Assembly (NCBI GenBank): GCA_965552055.1
Contig: CBEVQO010000002.1
Coordinates: 352,001-416,000 of the forward strand
From: an uncultured bacterium
GTDB lineage: Bacteria > Hydrothermota > UBA3073 > NMUJ01 > CBEVQO01
Length of the DNA stretch: 64,000 bases
Reading direction: 5' to 3'
The position numbers were made by a program, and so were the translations under genes. Positions 30,144 through 39,112 of the stretch are shown here, in pieces. Numbering within the stretch: position 1 is the stretch's first letter; the number at the start of each line of letters is the position of its first letter. A model generated the notes under the pieces. The model did not search any database. It was not told where the DNA came from and worked only from the letters and a program-made list of their open reading frames with translations.

Positions 30144-30610
30144 CCTTCCTCCTTTTCTATTCTTTTTATTAGCGAAAGTGCTTTCTGGGGTGTCATCCCT
30201 CCGTAATACTCACCATCTATCACAACAATGGGTCCTATAGCACAGCACCCAAGGCAATTAACCGTCTCTAATGAGAATTTCATGTCTTTGGTTGTCTCTC
30301 CCGGTTTTATCCCCAGTTCCCTTGAAATAGCCTCTACAATTCTTTGACCACCCCTTACATGGCAAGCAGTTCCGAGGCAAACAGTTATCAGGTGCTTCCC
30401 CCTCGGTTTTAAACTAAAAGCTTTGTAAAAAGTAGCAACACCATAAACATCTATAAGCGGAATCTGTAACCTGTCAGCAACCTCTCTCAGCACTTCCTCC
30501 GGTAACCAGTTGAGCTGAGATTGAATATCCAGTAGCAAAGGTATAAGGGACTCTTTCTTCGCACCATGTTTGCGAATTAAAGAGACAATCTTTTCTTTAT
30601 CGATATTCAT
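30140..30610 (-). CDS. NuoE/HydC-like [2Fe-2S] subunit
   Basis: GVATFY, VCLGTACHVRG and CLGCCAIGP. Confidence 0.93.
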   Translation of the reverse strand: MNIDKEKIVSLIRKHGAKKESLIPLLLDIQSQLNWLPEEVLREVADRLQIPLIDVYGVATFYKAFSLKPRGKHLITVCLGTACHVRGGQRIVEAISRELGIKPGETTKDMKFSLETVNCLGCCAIGPIVVIDGEYYGGMTPQKALSLIKRIEKEEG

Positions 30611-30693
30611 AATCCACCTCCATTTTAATTACTACCTTCACTTTAAATTTATAATCTTAATACCAGAATGTCAATAAAAATTTTCATTTTATT

Positions 30694-30967
30694 GCGAGGC
30701 GTAGCCGAGCACATTACATATGGGTTGTGAGCCAACACCCCGAGCAAGGCACTTTGTAGTTTTAAAGCGTATGGCTGGTTTATTTGACTTATTACGGGAA
30801 AGGCGTTCATAGAGCTACAGCGGGTTTGATTTTTGTTCATCTGGTTGAGAGGGTGATATCGCGTTTATTAAGGGTAAGAGAGTAAAGAAGCCACATCGTA
30901 GTCAAGGCTGTGCCTTGCGAGGGGTGTGCACGAGGGCGGTGGGGATAGGGAGGCGGGGCTAAAAATT
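30694..30967. repeat. Dispersed structured element, copy A (long, 157-nt central insert)
   Basis: 30714-30743 is identical to 55597-55626; 30919-30967 matches 55634-55682 at 47 of 49 nt; inverted arms 30735-30752 and 30910-30927. Confidence 0.9.
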
Positions 30968-32155
30968 GTATGGCATAATCTTATAAAACTGTCTTTTGCC
31001 AATCTTTATATAATATTCTTTGTCAAAAATTATCTCCATGTAAGGGTCTTTTATTTTTTCTCCATTTATCTTTACTGCTCCCTGCTGTATCAATCTGCGT
31101 GCCTCACTGTTTGATGGCACACCAAGTTCCCTTAAAAGCTTTATTATCCCCATCTTTTTATATTTCGGGACATATTCCGGGGCATCTTCCGGGAATTCTC
31201 TCTTTTTAAATACTTTATCAAATTCTTCCCTTGATTTTATGGCTTCTTCTTTTGAATAATACATTTCTACAACTTTTTGTGCCAAATCTGCTTTTATATC
31301 GCGTGGATTTTCTCCTTTTTTCAGTCTTTCTTCTATCTTTTTTATCTCATCTTCGTGTAAATCCGTTGTCAGTCGATAATAATCGAGTATTAAATCATCT
31401 GGAATTGACATTATTTTTCCGAAGATTTCTTTTGGTGGTTCAGTTATCCCTATGTAATTTTTGTATGATTTGCTCATTTTTAATTTACCATCTGTTCCGA
31501 TAAGTAATGGCATCAGCATTATAACCTGTGGCTCCTGTCCCATCTGTAGCTGTAAATGTCTTCCCATTACAAGGTTAAACTTCTGATCAGTTCCACCAAG
31601 CTCCACATCTGCTTCAACCATCACAGAATCGTATGCCTGTAAAATTGGATAAAGAAATTCATGAACGGCTATCGGTATCCCTTCTTTATACCTTTTTTCA
31701 AAATCGTCTCTCTCAAGTATGCGTGCCACTGTCATCTTTGATGCAATCGAAATAAATCTCTCCAAATCCATATTTTCAAACCACTCACTGTTATATCGAA
31801 TTTCAAGATTATCTTTTCTTAAAATTTTAAAAAGTTGTTCCTTATAGGTTTTCATATAGTTTTCTACTTCTTTTTTACTCAGTTGTGGGCGGGTTTTTGA
31901 CCTTCCTGATGGGTCACCCACTCTTGCTGTGAAGTCACCCACTATCAAAACCGCTGTATGTCCCAAATCCTGAAACTGCCGTAGCTTACGCAAAACCACT
32001 GCAAAACCAAGATGAATATCAGGAGCTGTAGGGTCTATCCCGAGTTTCACCCTTAATCTTCCCTTTTTCTTTATCTTAGAAAGGAGTTCTTCTTCTTTTA
32101 TTACTTCTGCTGTCTTTTCTTTTAAAATTTCTATTTGCTTTTCCGGGGGTATCAT
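30959..32155 (-). CDS. tyrS: Tyrosine--tRNA ligase
   Basis: GIDPTAPDIHLG, QAYDS, GGTDQKFN, KMSKS and a C-terminal S4 domain. Confidence 0.97.
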   Translation of the reverse strand: MIPPEKQIEILKEKTAEVIKEEELLSKIKKKGRLRVKLGIDPTAPDIHLGFAVVLRKLRQFQDLGHTAVLIVGDFTARVGDPSGRSKTRPQLSKKEVENYMKTYKEQLFKILRKDNLEIRYNSEWFENMDLERFISIASKMTVARILERDDFEKRYKEGIPIAVHEFLYPILQAYDSVMVEADVELGGTDQKFNLVMGRHLQLQMGQEPQVIMLMPLLIGTDGKLKMSKSYKNYIGITEPPKEIFGKIMSIPDDLILDYYRLTTDLHEDEIKKIEERLKKGENPRDIKADLAQKVVEMYYSKEEAIKSREEFDKVFKKREFPEDAPEYVPKYKKMGIIKLLRELGVPSNSEARRLIQQGAVKINGEKIKDPYMEIIFDKEYYIKIGKRQFYKIMPYNF

Positions 32156-35070
32156 CTTATTTTGACAAATTTACCTTTAAAGATTTTGTTTCCAGATACA
32201 AGACGATAAAAATAAACTCCAGAGGACAAATTGGATACATCAATTTTTAAAGGATTTTCATCTTTTATCTTTAATTTTTTGACCTCTCTACCCATTGCAT
32301 CATAAATTGTTATTTCACTTTCTCCAATCAAAGGCCCCATGAAAATTATTTTATTTTTTACAGGATTTGGATATACTTTTAAACTTATTAATTTCGTCTT
32401 TCTTTCTGTTTCTCCTGTTGTAACCTGTGCTATAACTTTTATTTTGTATTCGGGTTCACCTGGGTCGTTTGAATTTATAATTACATAACCTGTAGAACTA
32501 CCTGTAATCTGAGAGAAGTCAACTTTTACTGGTAAATAACAATCTTCAAGATAAGAAAGTGTGCAACAAACATTATCCACGATTATCCATGGTGCATCTG
32601 TATTTACACCTGTTATTATTAAATCGGATTTTCCAAGATTCAAGATTATTATCGTATCAACCGAATCAACGCTTACAACGGTTGTACCTGAAACAAAGGA
32701 AACAACAGCTGCGTGGAAATAGTCAACATTGTCAAGATACCAGTTTGAACCATCACCGTACATATTTTTATAATCGGGTATCGTATCAAAGGATGTTGTC
32801 GGATAAGATGTATCCATCTCATAATTACCAATCCAGAAACTATTTTCAATATATAAAGGATTTGTTAAATCATAAATGTTCCAGTATATTGTATTTGCAT
32901 TTATTACTTCAGCCGTTACTTCCATTGCACACAATCTCTCACCCGGTACGCCATTGTTATCTTTCCATACAAACAAACTGCATCCTTTTGATGCATCCGG
33001 TATTGCTGATACAACACCATGCCATATCTGATAAAGAGTGCAGGGCCGGGTTATCTCAAATCTCGTAGCTTCATAATAAGTGCGATAAGAGGCTTCCCAT
33101 ATAAAATAAGGCGGAGATAAAGGAGGCATCAAAGTATCAACTACGCCTTTTTCCAGTTTTGAATTACGAATAAATTTAATCTCATTGCCAATTAAATATT
33201 TCTTCTTTGTAGATTTTGCTTTTGAAGAAACTACTTTTTTAAAAATTAAACTGTCTTTATCAACATAGATATCAGGGAAATTATCAAGTCCGTAATATTT
33301 CATCGAGGGTTCTCCATAAAGATTAAATTCATAAATGTTTACCAGAGCAAATGTATCGTTATCCACATTATAATAAGTTGAGCGAGCATAAGCTAAAGCA
33401 TCCCCCACTTTGTTTCCTGTATTTACGGTATCTTTTAATAATCCATAAAAGTAGTAGTAATCAAGTGATTGAGCGCCACCGTGCAGAGGGGTCTGCCAGC
33501 CAACAACCCCCCATGCTGCACGTGACGCACCAACAACACCCGAAGCACCATTACGCAATAGAGAAAAAGCAACATTATCCGCATTTTCCGGATAACCACA
33601 CAAACAAGACATCAGGTAAACAAAAGAAGGATAATCATCATGTAAATTGCTGGCATCACCTGACACAAATGAAATTGGAGCAGTTATCTCAGCATCTTCT
33701 GGTACACCATCTCCATCGTCTGTTGCCCATACTTTGCGCGCAAAACTCGTAAGCCAACCATGGTGTACTTCGTGAAATATACCTTTCTTACGCCAATACT
33801 TCAAAATATTATCTCTGCAAACAGAATCTGTACACTCATAAACACTAGGATCAAGTCCTGCTTTTTCATACAGAGTTACACTCAAACTTCTACTGATTAT
33901 TCCGGCTGATAAAATTTTCTCAATTAAAGTTGCTCCATCTTCTTTCGGATAGCCCGAAGAATTCTCATTCTGATAGAATAAAATTGCTCCTGCCTGTAAA
34001 GAACTCTTTTTGTATTCCTGCAAAAGCTCTGTCTCAAAACGCTTGATTTTTTCTAAAACTTCCTTTATAACTGAAGTGTCACTGTATGGAATCCTGCCAA
34101 CCGCTATATCGGAAACTACATCAACATTATCCTCTGCATATTCACCGTAAAGCCCGTCTCCATCTTTATCCCAAGATTGTGAATCTGGCAAACTCAAATC
34201 AGCATAGTAAAGGTCTGTAGGAACTGGACTTTCCCACCACGCATTATCAGGACCATCTGCATCATTATCCCACGGACAACATTTCCTCATTGGAATAGTA
34301 TTAATGTCTCCACATATCAAAAGATACTTTATACCCCAATCAAGATATTTTTCTCTCAAAAAATTCCTTATCTTCTGTGCAGTATCCACACCCGAATAAT
34401 TCACAACTATGCTTTCAAGTGGCATCACATAAACATTAAAGCCGACACTCTCTTTATAATCAATAAAATCCTGCAAAGAAGATATAAAAGATGCTGGACA
34501 AATAATAACATAATCATAAACTTGCTTTGGCAAACTACCAGTATACCATTTAAAAACATCATCCCAATTTACGAATAAACTCCTCACTTCTTCTATATCT
34601 CCAAGATAATCCTTACCTTCTTTTAAGTCAAATTCTATTTCGACATCTATCCTATCTGCAAAATATAATTTATCACTCTGCGGGTCATAAGCAAATGGAT
34701 AAAATTTCAAAGTAACAAATTTATACTGCCTGTATGAACCCCAGTTTAAAAACTCACCCAGTTTCTCGGGATAGAACTCTTTTTTCATTTCAATTTTCTT
34801 CAATTTATATCCTTTTAGAAGAGGAACCTTTGGCAATGTTTTTTCTATTCCAAATTTCTTTTCGATTTCTCTCCTTATGCCATAGAATTTCACATCTCTT
34901 ACGACAGCTCCTGGTGGCAAAAGCACTCTGTAAACTTTACATGGCAACCTGGGGCGCCCGGATTCCGTAATATAAGAATAATCGCGTAAATCCAAAGTAA
35001 ACTCAAAAGAAAATTTTAAAACTTCGGAATTTAAAGCAAAAGGAATTAATATCAACAAAAACTTCTTCAT
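32152..35070 (-). CDS. Peptidase C25 (gingipain-like) with propeptide and T9SS-type C-terminal domain
   Basis: YLLICGD, TDLYY, VGRIP, HHG (His), MSCLCG (Cys), NLYGEP and VYPNP...SGVYFY. Confidence 0.88.
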   Translation of the reverse strand: MKKFLLILIPFALNSEVLKFSFEFTLDLRDYSYITESGRPRLPCKVYRVLLPPGAVVRDVKFYGIRREIEKKFGIEKTLPKVPLLKGYKLKKIEMKKEFYPEKLGEFLNWGSYRQYKFVTLKFYPFAYDPQSDKLYFADRIDVEIEFDLKEGKDYLGDIEEVRSLFVNWDDVFKWYTGSLPKQVYDYVIICPASFISSLQDFIDYKESVGFNVYVMPLESIVVNYSGVDTAQKIRNFLREKYLDWGIKYLLICGDINTIPMRKCCPWDNDADGPDNAWWESPVPTDLYYADLSLPDSQSWDKDGDGLYGEYAEDNVDVVSDIAVGRIPYSDTSVIKEVLEKIKRFETELLQEYKKSSLQAGAILFYQNENSSGYPKEDGATLIEKILSAGIISRSLSVTLYEKAGLDPSVYECTDSVCRDNILKYWRKKGIFHEVHHGWLTSFARKVWATDDGDGVPEDAEITAPISFVSGDASNLHDDYPSFVYLMSCLCGYPENADNVAFSLLRNGASGVVGASRAAWGVVGWQTPLHGGAQSLDYYYFYGLLKDTVNTGNKVGDALAYARSTYYNVDNDTFALVNIYEFNLYGEPSMKYYGLDNFPDIYVDKDSLIFKKVVSSKAKSTKKKYLIGNEIKFIRNSKLEKGVVDTLMPPLSPPYFIWEASYRTYYEATRFEITRPCTLYQIWHGVVSAIPDASKGCSLFVWKDNNGVPGERLCAMEVTAEVINANTIYWNIYDLTNPLYIENSFWIGNYEMDTSYPTTSFDTIPDYKNMYGDGSNWYLDNVDYFHAAVVSFVSGTTVVSVDSVDTIIILNLGKSDLIITGVNTDAPWIIVDNVCCTLSYLEDCYLPVKVDFSQITGSSTGYVIINSNDPGEPEYKIKVIAQVTTGETERKTKLISLKVYPNPVKNKIIFMGPLIGESEITIYDAMGREVKKLKIKDENPLKIDVSNLSSGVYFYRLVSGNKIFKGKFVKIR

Positions 35071-35144
35071 TATTACAATTTAATTAAAATTTGCAATTGT
35101 CAAGAAAAAATGTTGACATTTTCACAGGTTGATTAAAAATAAAG

Positions 35145-36110
35145 GTGCGTAAATTTATTTTATTACTTTTCTTTTGTGGATGTGTAAAAGATGCTGGTTT
35201 TTCTTTGCTAAAAGATAGAGCACCAAAGCCTCACATATTTTTTGTTAAAGCACAAATTGATACTTCTTTTTTAGATTTTAAAAACCCGGGAAATTTAACT
35301 TATTTATATTGCGGAAATACGAATGAATTCGAAGTAAGAACTTTAATGACTTTTCATTATCCCGATACCCAAAAACCCTCTCTTGTCTTTCTTTTTGTAA
35401 AAGGTGCTACAACTTCCTGCTCTGTAAATGTGCATATTCTAAAAACAAAATGGCATCCGAATAGAGTATCATGGATACAGCCTGACACAGGACAAAATTG
35501 GTCAGGAGGAAATTTCTATGAAACACCAATACTATCTTTCAAAATAAAAGACACCGTCACAAAAATCGAAATACCTCCGGATAGTTTTATGAAAATCTGC
35601 GATACAATATATCACGGAATAATTTTAATTCCAAAAGATACAAATTTAACTTACTTCCCGGCTGATAGTTTTTATTTTTTATGCATCAAAGGCACAGATA
35701 CTATAAAATGTAAACCAATTTATCATACATCGATCGATACATTTAAAGCAGAACTTTCTAATAATTTAGTAAAATGCGGTTCACATTTGACAATTTGCAC
35801 ATTAAAAGTAAATACAGATAGCTTGTATCTCTATCCAAATTTAAATCAGGCAATAATTTATTTTGATTTCAAACTTTTAAAAGGCTACAAATTGACTTTG
35901 AGAATAAAAGGCAAAAATAGTTATTCCTCTTATCATTCTTTTAAAAACGGTGACACCATAAAAATAGATATTACAAGCGTAATTTCAGAGATAAAAGGCG
36001 ATACTCTGGACAAAATATTAATAGAACCCTCTAAATATCAGTTTTCAATAGGAGAAATTGAAAATCCAAGGATAAAATTAATAATGACAGAAAGTCCGGA
36101 TAGTTTATGA
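35145..36110 (+). CDS. Hypothetical lipoprotein-like protein
   Basis: Short signal peptide ending FFCGC; GTG start immediately after a promoter-like motif. Confidence 0.65.
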   Translation: MRKFILLLFFCGCVKDAGFSLLKDRAPKPHIFFVKAQIDTSFLDFKNPGNLTYLYCGNTNEFEVRTLMTFHYPDTQKPSLVFLFVKGATTSCSVNVHILKTKWHPNRVSWIQPDTGQNWSGGNFYETPILSFKIKDTVTKIEIPPDSFMKICDTIYHGIILIPKDTNLTYFPADSFYFLCIKGTDTIKCKPIYHTSIDTFKAELSNNLVKCGSHLTICTLKVNTDSLYLYPNLNQAIIYFDFKLLKGYKLTLRIKGKNSYSSYHSFKNGDTIKIDITSVISEIKGDTLDKILIEPSKYQFSIGEIENPRIKLIMTESPDSL

Positions 36111-36982
36111 TTTTAATTCTGTTAACATATTCGCTTTTTTCAACAAAGTGCGAAGGAGAAAAAATAAACTATTATCACAAAATCAAATTTGAAAATGTAA
36201 GAAAAATCACCCTTTCTTTCCTTTCTTATGGTGTCTTATTCGAAAAAGATGACAAAAAAACTCAAGATTTCATGTTCTCAATAAAAAAATTATCTTATAT
36301 CAATCCAATATATAAAAATTTATGTGCTTATTTAATTTTTGAAAATGAGTATGACCACAGATTTTTTGTCCATTCCGATAGTTTTTCTTTAACAGAGAGC
36401 ATAAAATATGTAACGGAAGTACAGGGCGAAGGAGGAGCTAATTTAATCGCGATGGGAATTTTCAATAAATTTAAAAATATAACTGTATTTGCTGATTTGG
36501 GATATTTATTTGGAATATCGAGAGAAATCTGGAAAACTAAGTTCGAAGCACCTGTATCTATAAGAGAAGCTATCGACACGATTAACATCAAAAAATTTGA
36601 TAATTTTACTTATAATCTGGGATTCGAATTTAAAAAAGGAAGGCTTACGGTCGAGGGATGTTACAGAGATTTTGAAAATGATTTTTATTTAGGTGCATCT
36701 TTAAACTTTGATTTCTTATCCCTGTATGGCAGATACGGAAAATTTGATAAAATCTTTTCTTTATCTTTTCCTTGGTTTTACAATCTCACTGCCGGTGGAG
36801 GCATTAGAAACTGGGGAAATTTAGAATGCGAGGAAAGGTATCTTTTATTTTCGTTTGACTACATATTTATTGATAAAAAAGGAGGAATAATTTTACGGAT
36901 AGAACCCGGCGAACGAGTATATCAAAATCTTAAAGAAAAATTTTTAAGAATAAATATCACCCTTTCCGGCAAAGAAGGATAA
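36107..36982 (+). CDS. Hypothetical outer-membrane beta-barrel-like protein
   Basis: Alternating aromatic beta-strand pattern and GEGGAN motif; ATGA-coupled to the upstream gene. Confidence 0.55.
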   Translation: MILILLTYSLFSTKCEGEKINYYHKIKFENVRKITLSFLSYGVLFEKDDKKTQDFMFSIKKLSYINPIYKNLCAYLIFENEYDHRFFVHSDSFSLTESIKYVTEVQGEGGANLIAMGIFNKFKNITVFADLGYLFGISREIWKTKFEAPVSIREAIDTINIKKFDNFTYNLGFEFKKGRLTVEGCYRDFENDFYLGASLNFDFLSLYGRYGKFDKIFSLSFPWFYNLTAGGGIRNWGNLECEERYLLFSFDYIFIDKKGGIILRIEPGERVYQNLKEKFLRINITLSGKEG

Positions 36983-36989
36983 AGTGTTA

Positions 36990-37017
36990 AAAAAGGTTAT
37001 GTGATATTGACCTTTTT
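36990..37017 (+). terminator. Possible intrinsic terminator hairpin
   Basis: AAAAAGGTTA-tgtgatat-TGACCTTTTT just after the stop codon at 36982. Confidence 0.45.
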
Positions 37018-37044
37018 AGAGATGGGTCGGAGGGAAGATAATGC

Positions 37045-37071
37045 TTGACAATTCTACATTTTATTTATAAT
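37045..37071 (+). promoter_or_regulatory. TTGACA-N15-TATAAT promoter, ATG 5 nt downstream
   Basis: Perfect consensus hexamers at 37045-37050 and 37066-37071; ATG at 37077; no Shine-Dalgarno. Confidence 0.75.
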
Positions 37072-37076
37072 TTGCG

Positions 37077-38354
37077 ATGGAAAGAAGGAAAGAAATAATT
37101 GGTGGAATCGTTACTTTTATGTCAATGGCGTATATTATTTTTGTTCAGCCTTCTGTCTTATCACAGGCAGGTATGGATTTTGGTGCAGTAATGATGGCAA
37201 CATGCTTATCTGCTGCATTTGCTACCCTTATGATGGGTCTTTATGCCAACTATCCAATTGCCCTTGCTCCAGGTATGGGTGAAAACTTTTATTTTGCATT
37301 TACGGTGATTCTTGGAATGGGGATTGCATGGCAAAAAGCACTTGGTGCTGTTTTTCTATCGGGTGTCATCTTTTTGATTTTAACTCTCGTAGGTATCCGT
37401 GAATTGATAATAAATGCTGTTCCTTCTTCCTTAAAGAATGCAATTGCTGCAGGGATTGGACTTTTTATCGCTTTCATAGGACTAAATCAGGCAGGCATTG
37501 TAAAAATCGAAGGAAATGTCATACATCTCGGAAGTATGAAATCACCTCCTGTTTTACTTACTTTATTTGGCTTATTCTTAATTTGTGTATTAATGAGATT
37601 TAATGTAAAAGGTTCGATTTTAATTGGTATGCTTGCCACGGCTGTTCTTGGAATAGCTCTTGGTTATCTTAAATTTTATGGTATTGTGGGTAAACCTCCT
37701 TCCATCTCTCCTACATTTCTCAAACTCGATATAAAAGGTGCGCTTGAACTCGGTTTTATAACGATAATCCTTGTATTTTTACTTATGGATATGTTTGATA
37801 CCGCAGGCACTTTGATAGGAGTTGGTCAGGCAGCTGGCTTTATAAAAGATGGTAAACTGCCGCGTGCTAATAGATGCCTGTTAACAGATGCTGTTGGCAC
37901 AATACTTGGTGCACTTTTGGGCACATCTACTGTTACAAGTTATATTGAGAGCGCTACAGGTGTAGCACAGGGTGCAAGAACAGGTTTTGCCAGTGTAATA
38001 ACAGGCTTATTATTTTTAATTTCTATTTTCTTCTATCCACTTGTGAAAACAATCGGCGGCGGTATGGAATGGCAGGGAGCAATTTTTTACCCAGTTACAG
38101 CACCCGCACTTATAATCGTGGGATATTACATGGCACATACACTAAAAGAAATAGAATGGGAAGATATTACAGAAGCAATTCCTGCATTTTTAACACTTAT
38201 CGGTATTCCTTTGACTTACAGCATTGCAGATGGTATGGCACTCGGCTTCATATCCTATTGTATAATAAAATTGCTGACAAAGAAAGGTAAAGAAGTTCAT
38301 CCAATCCTTTATGTATTTGCAGGTTTATTCATCTTCAAATATGTAATCTTCTAA
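37077..38354 (+). CDS. NCS2/AzgA family purine permease
   Basis: TFMSMAYI, ALAPGMG, DMFDTAGT and TSTVTSYIES. Confidence 0.93.
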   Translation: MERRKEIIGGIVTFMSMAYIIFVQPSVLSQAGMDFGAVMMATCLSAAFATLMMGLYANYPIALAPGMGENFYFAFTVILGMGIAWQKALGAVFLSGVIFLILTLVGIRELIINAVPSSLKNAIAAGIGLFIAFIGLNQAGIVKIEGNVIHLGSMKSPPVLLTLFGLFLICVLMRFNVKGSILIGMLATAVLGIALGYLKFYGIVGKPPSISPTFLKLDIKGALELGFITIILVFLLMDMFDTAGTLIGVGQAAGFIKDGKLPRANRCLLTDAVGTILGALLGTSTVTSYIESATGVAQGARTGFASVITGLLFLISIFFYPLVKTIGGGMEWQGAIFYPVTAPALIIVGYYMAHTLKEIEWEDITEAIPAFLTLIGIPLTYSIADGMALGFISYCIIKLLTKKGKEVHPILYVFAGLFIFKYVIF

Positions 38355-38356
38355 TT

Positions 38357-39112
38357 TCATATTCCAAGAATCAATTTTGTGTTCAATCTTAAAATTTTTT
38401 CCAATCTGTTAAATTCTATTTTTTTAATTTCTGCGATTTTTTTAGCGCTTATTATTACATTTTTAGGCTCATTTCTTTCTTTAGGATTTGGTGCCAGCAC
38501 AGGAGCATCACTTTCTAACAGCAATTTATCTACGGATATTCTCATCACAACTTTTTCTTTTTGATGTGAACGCACAATAGATGGCGGTATTGAGAAATAA
38601 AAACCATGTTGCGCACCTCTTACTGCATGAGATGCTCTGCCATCAAAAGCATGCATTATAACTTTCTTCGCCCCTTCTTCTATCAAAATATCAATTGCAT
38701 ATTTGCCTGCACTCCTTGAATGGCAAATTAAAGGTTTGTCTAACTCTTTTGAAAGTTTTATAAATTCCCTGAAACGCTCTTTTTGCAGTTCCCTTTTCGC
38801 ATCATCTTTCTCCCAGTAAAAATCAAGCCCAACCTCACCGATTGCTACTATTCTATCCTTTTCTTCTTTTATCAAAGACAAAATTTCCCGAAATTCTTTT
38901 TCATCATCATTAACCGGGTCAAATCCTACACTTACAAGTATAACATCCGGGAAGCGTTCCTGAATGCGAAAAGATTTTTCTACCTCTTCTACATCAAGTG
39001 CACAGTCAACGATTTTCTCAACACCCGCTTTTAAAGCATCTTCTATTACCTTCTCTAAATCCTTATCAAATTCTTCATCATTCAAATGACAATGCACATC
39101 AACAAATCCCAT
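38357..39112 (-). CDS. TatD family DNase
   Basis: DVHCHL, IGEVGLD, HSR and LLESDAP. Confidence 0.93.
   Translation of the reverse strand: MGFVDVHCHLNDEEFDKDLEKVIEDALKAGVEKIVDCALDVEEVEKSFRIQERFPDVILVSVGFDPVNDDEKEFREILSLIKEEKDRIVAIGEVGLDFYWEKDDAKRELQKERFREFIKLSKELDKPLICHSRSAGKYAIDILIEEGAKKVIMHAFDGRASHAVRGAQHGFYFSIPPSIVRSHQKEKVVMRISVDKLLLESDAPVLAPNPKERNEPKNVIISAKKIAEIKKIEFNRLEKILRLNTKLILGI

Noticed and set aside
27606..30610. Respiratory complex I or [FeFe]-hydrogenase operon
   Set aside because: No membrane Nuo subunits are present, and the 234-aa subunit has no H-cluster domain.
30649..30840. 63-aa minus-strand ORF and 62-aa plus-strand ORF (30926-31114) over the element
   Set aside because: They run through repeat and promoter sequence or antisense to tyrS, with no protein-like features.
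30694..30967. T-box, tmRNA, RNase P or SRP RNA as the identity of the structured region next to tyrS
   Set aside because: It lies downstream of tyrS rather than upstream, I see none of the hallmark motifs, and its ends recur at two unrelated loci.
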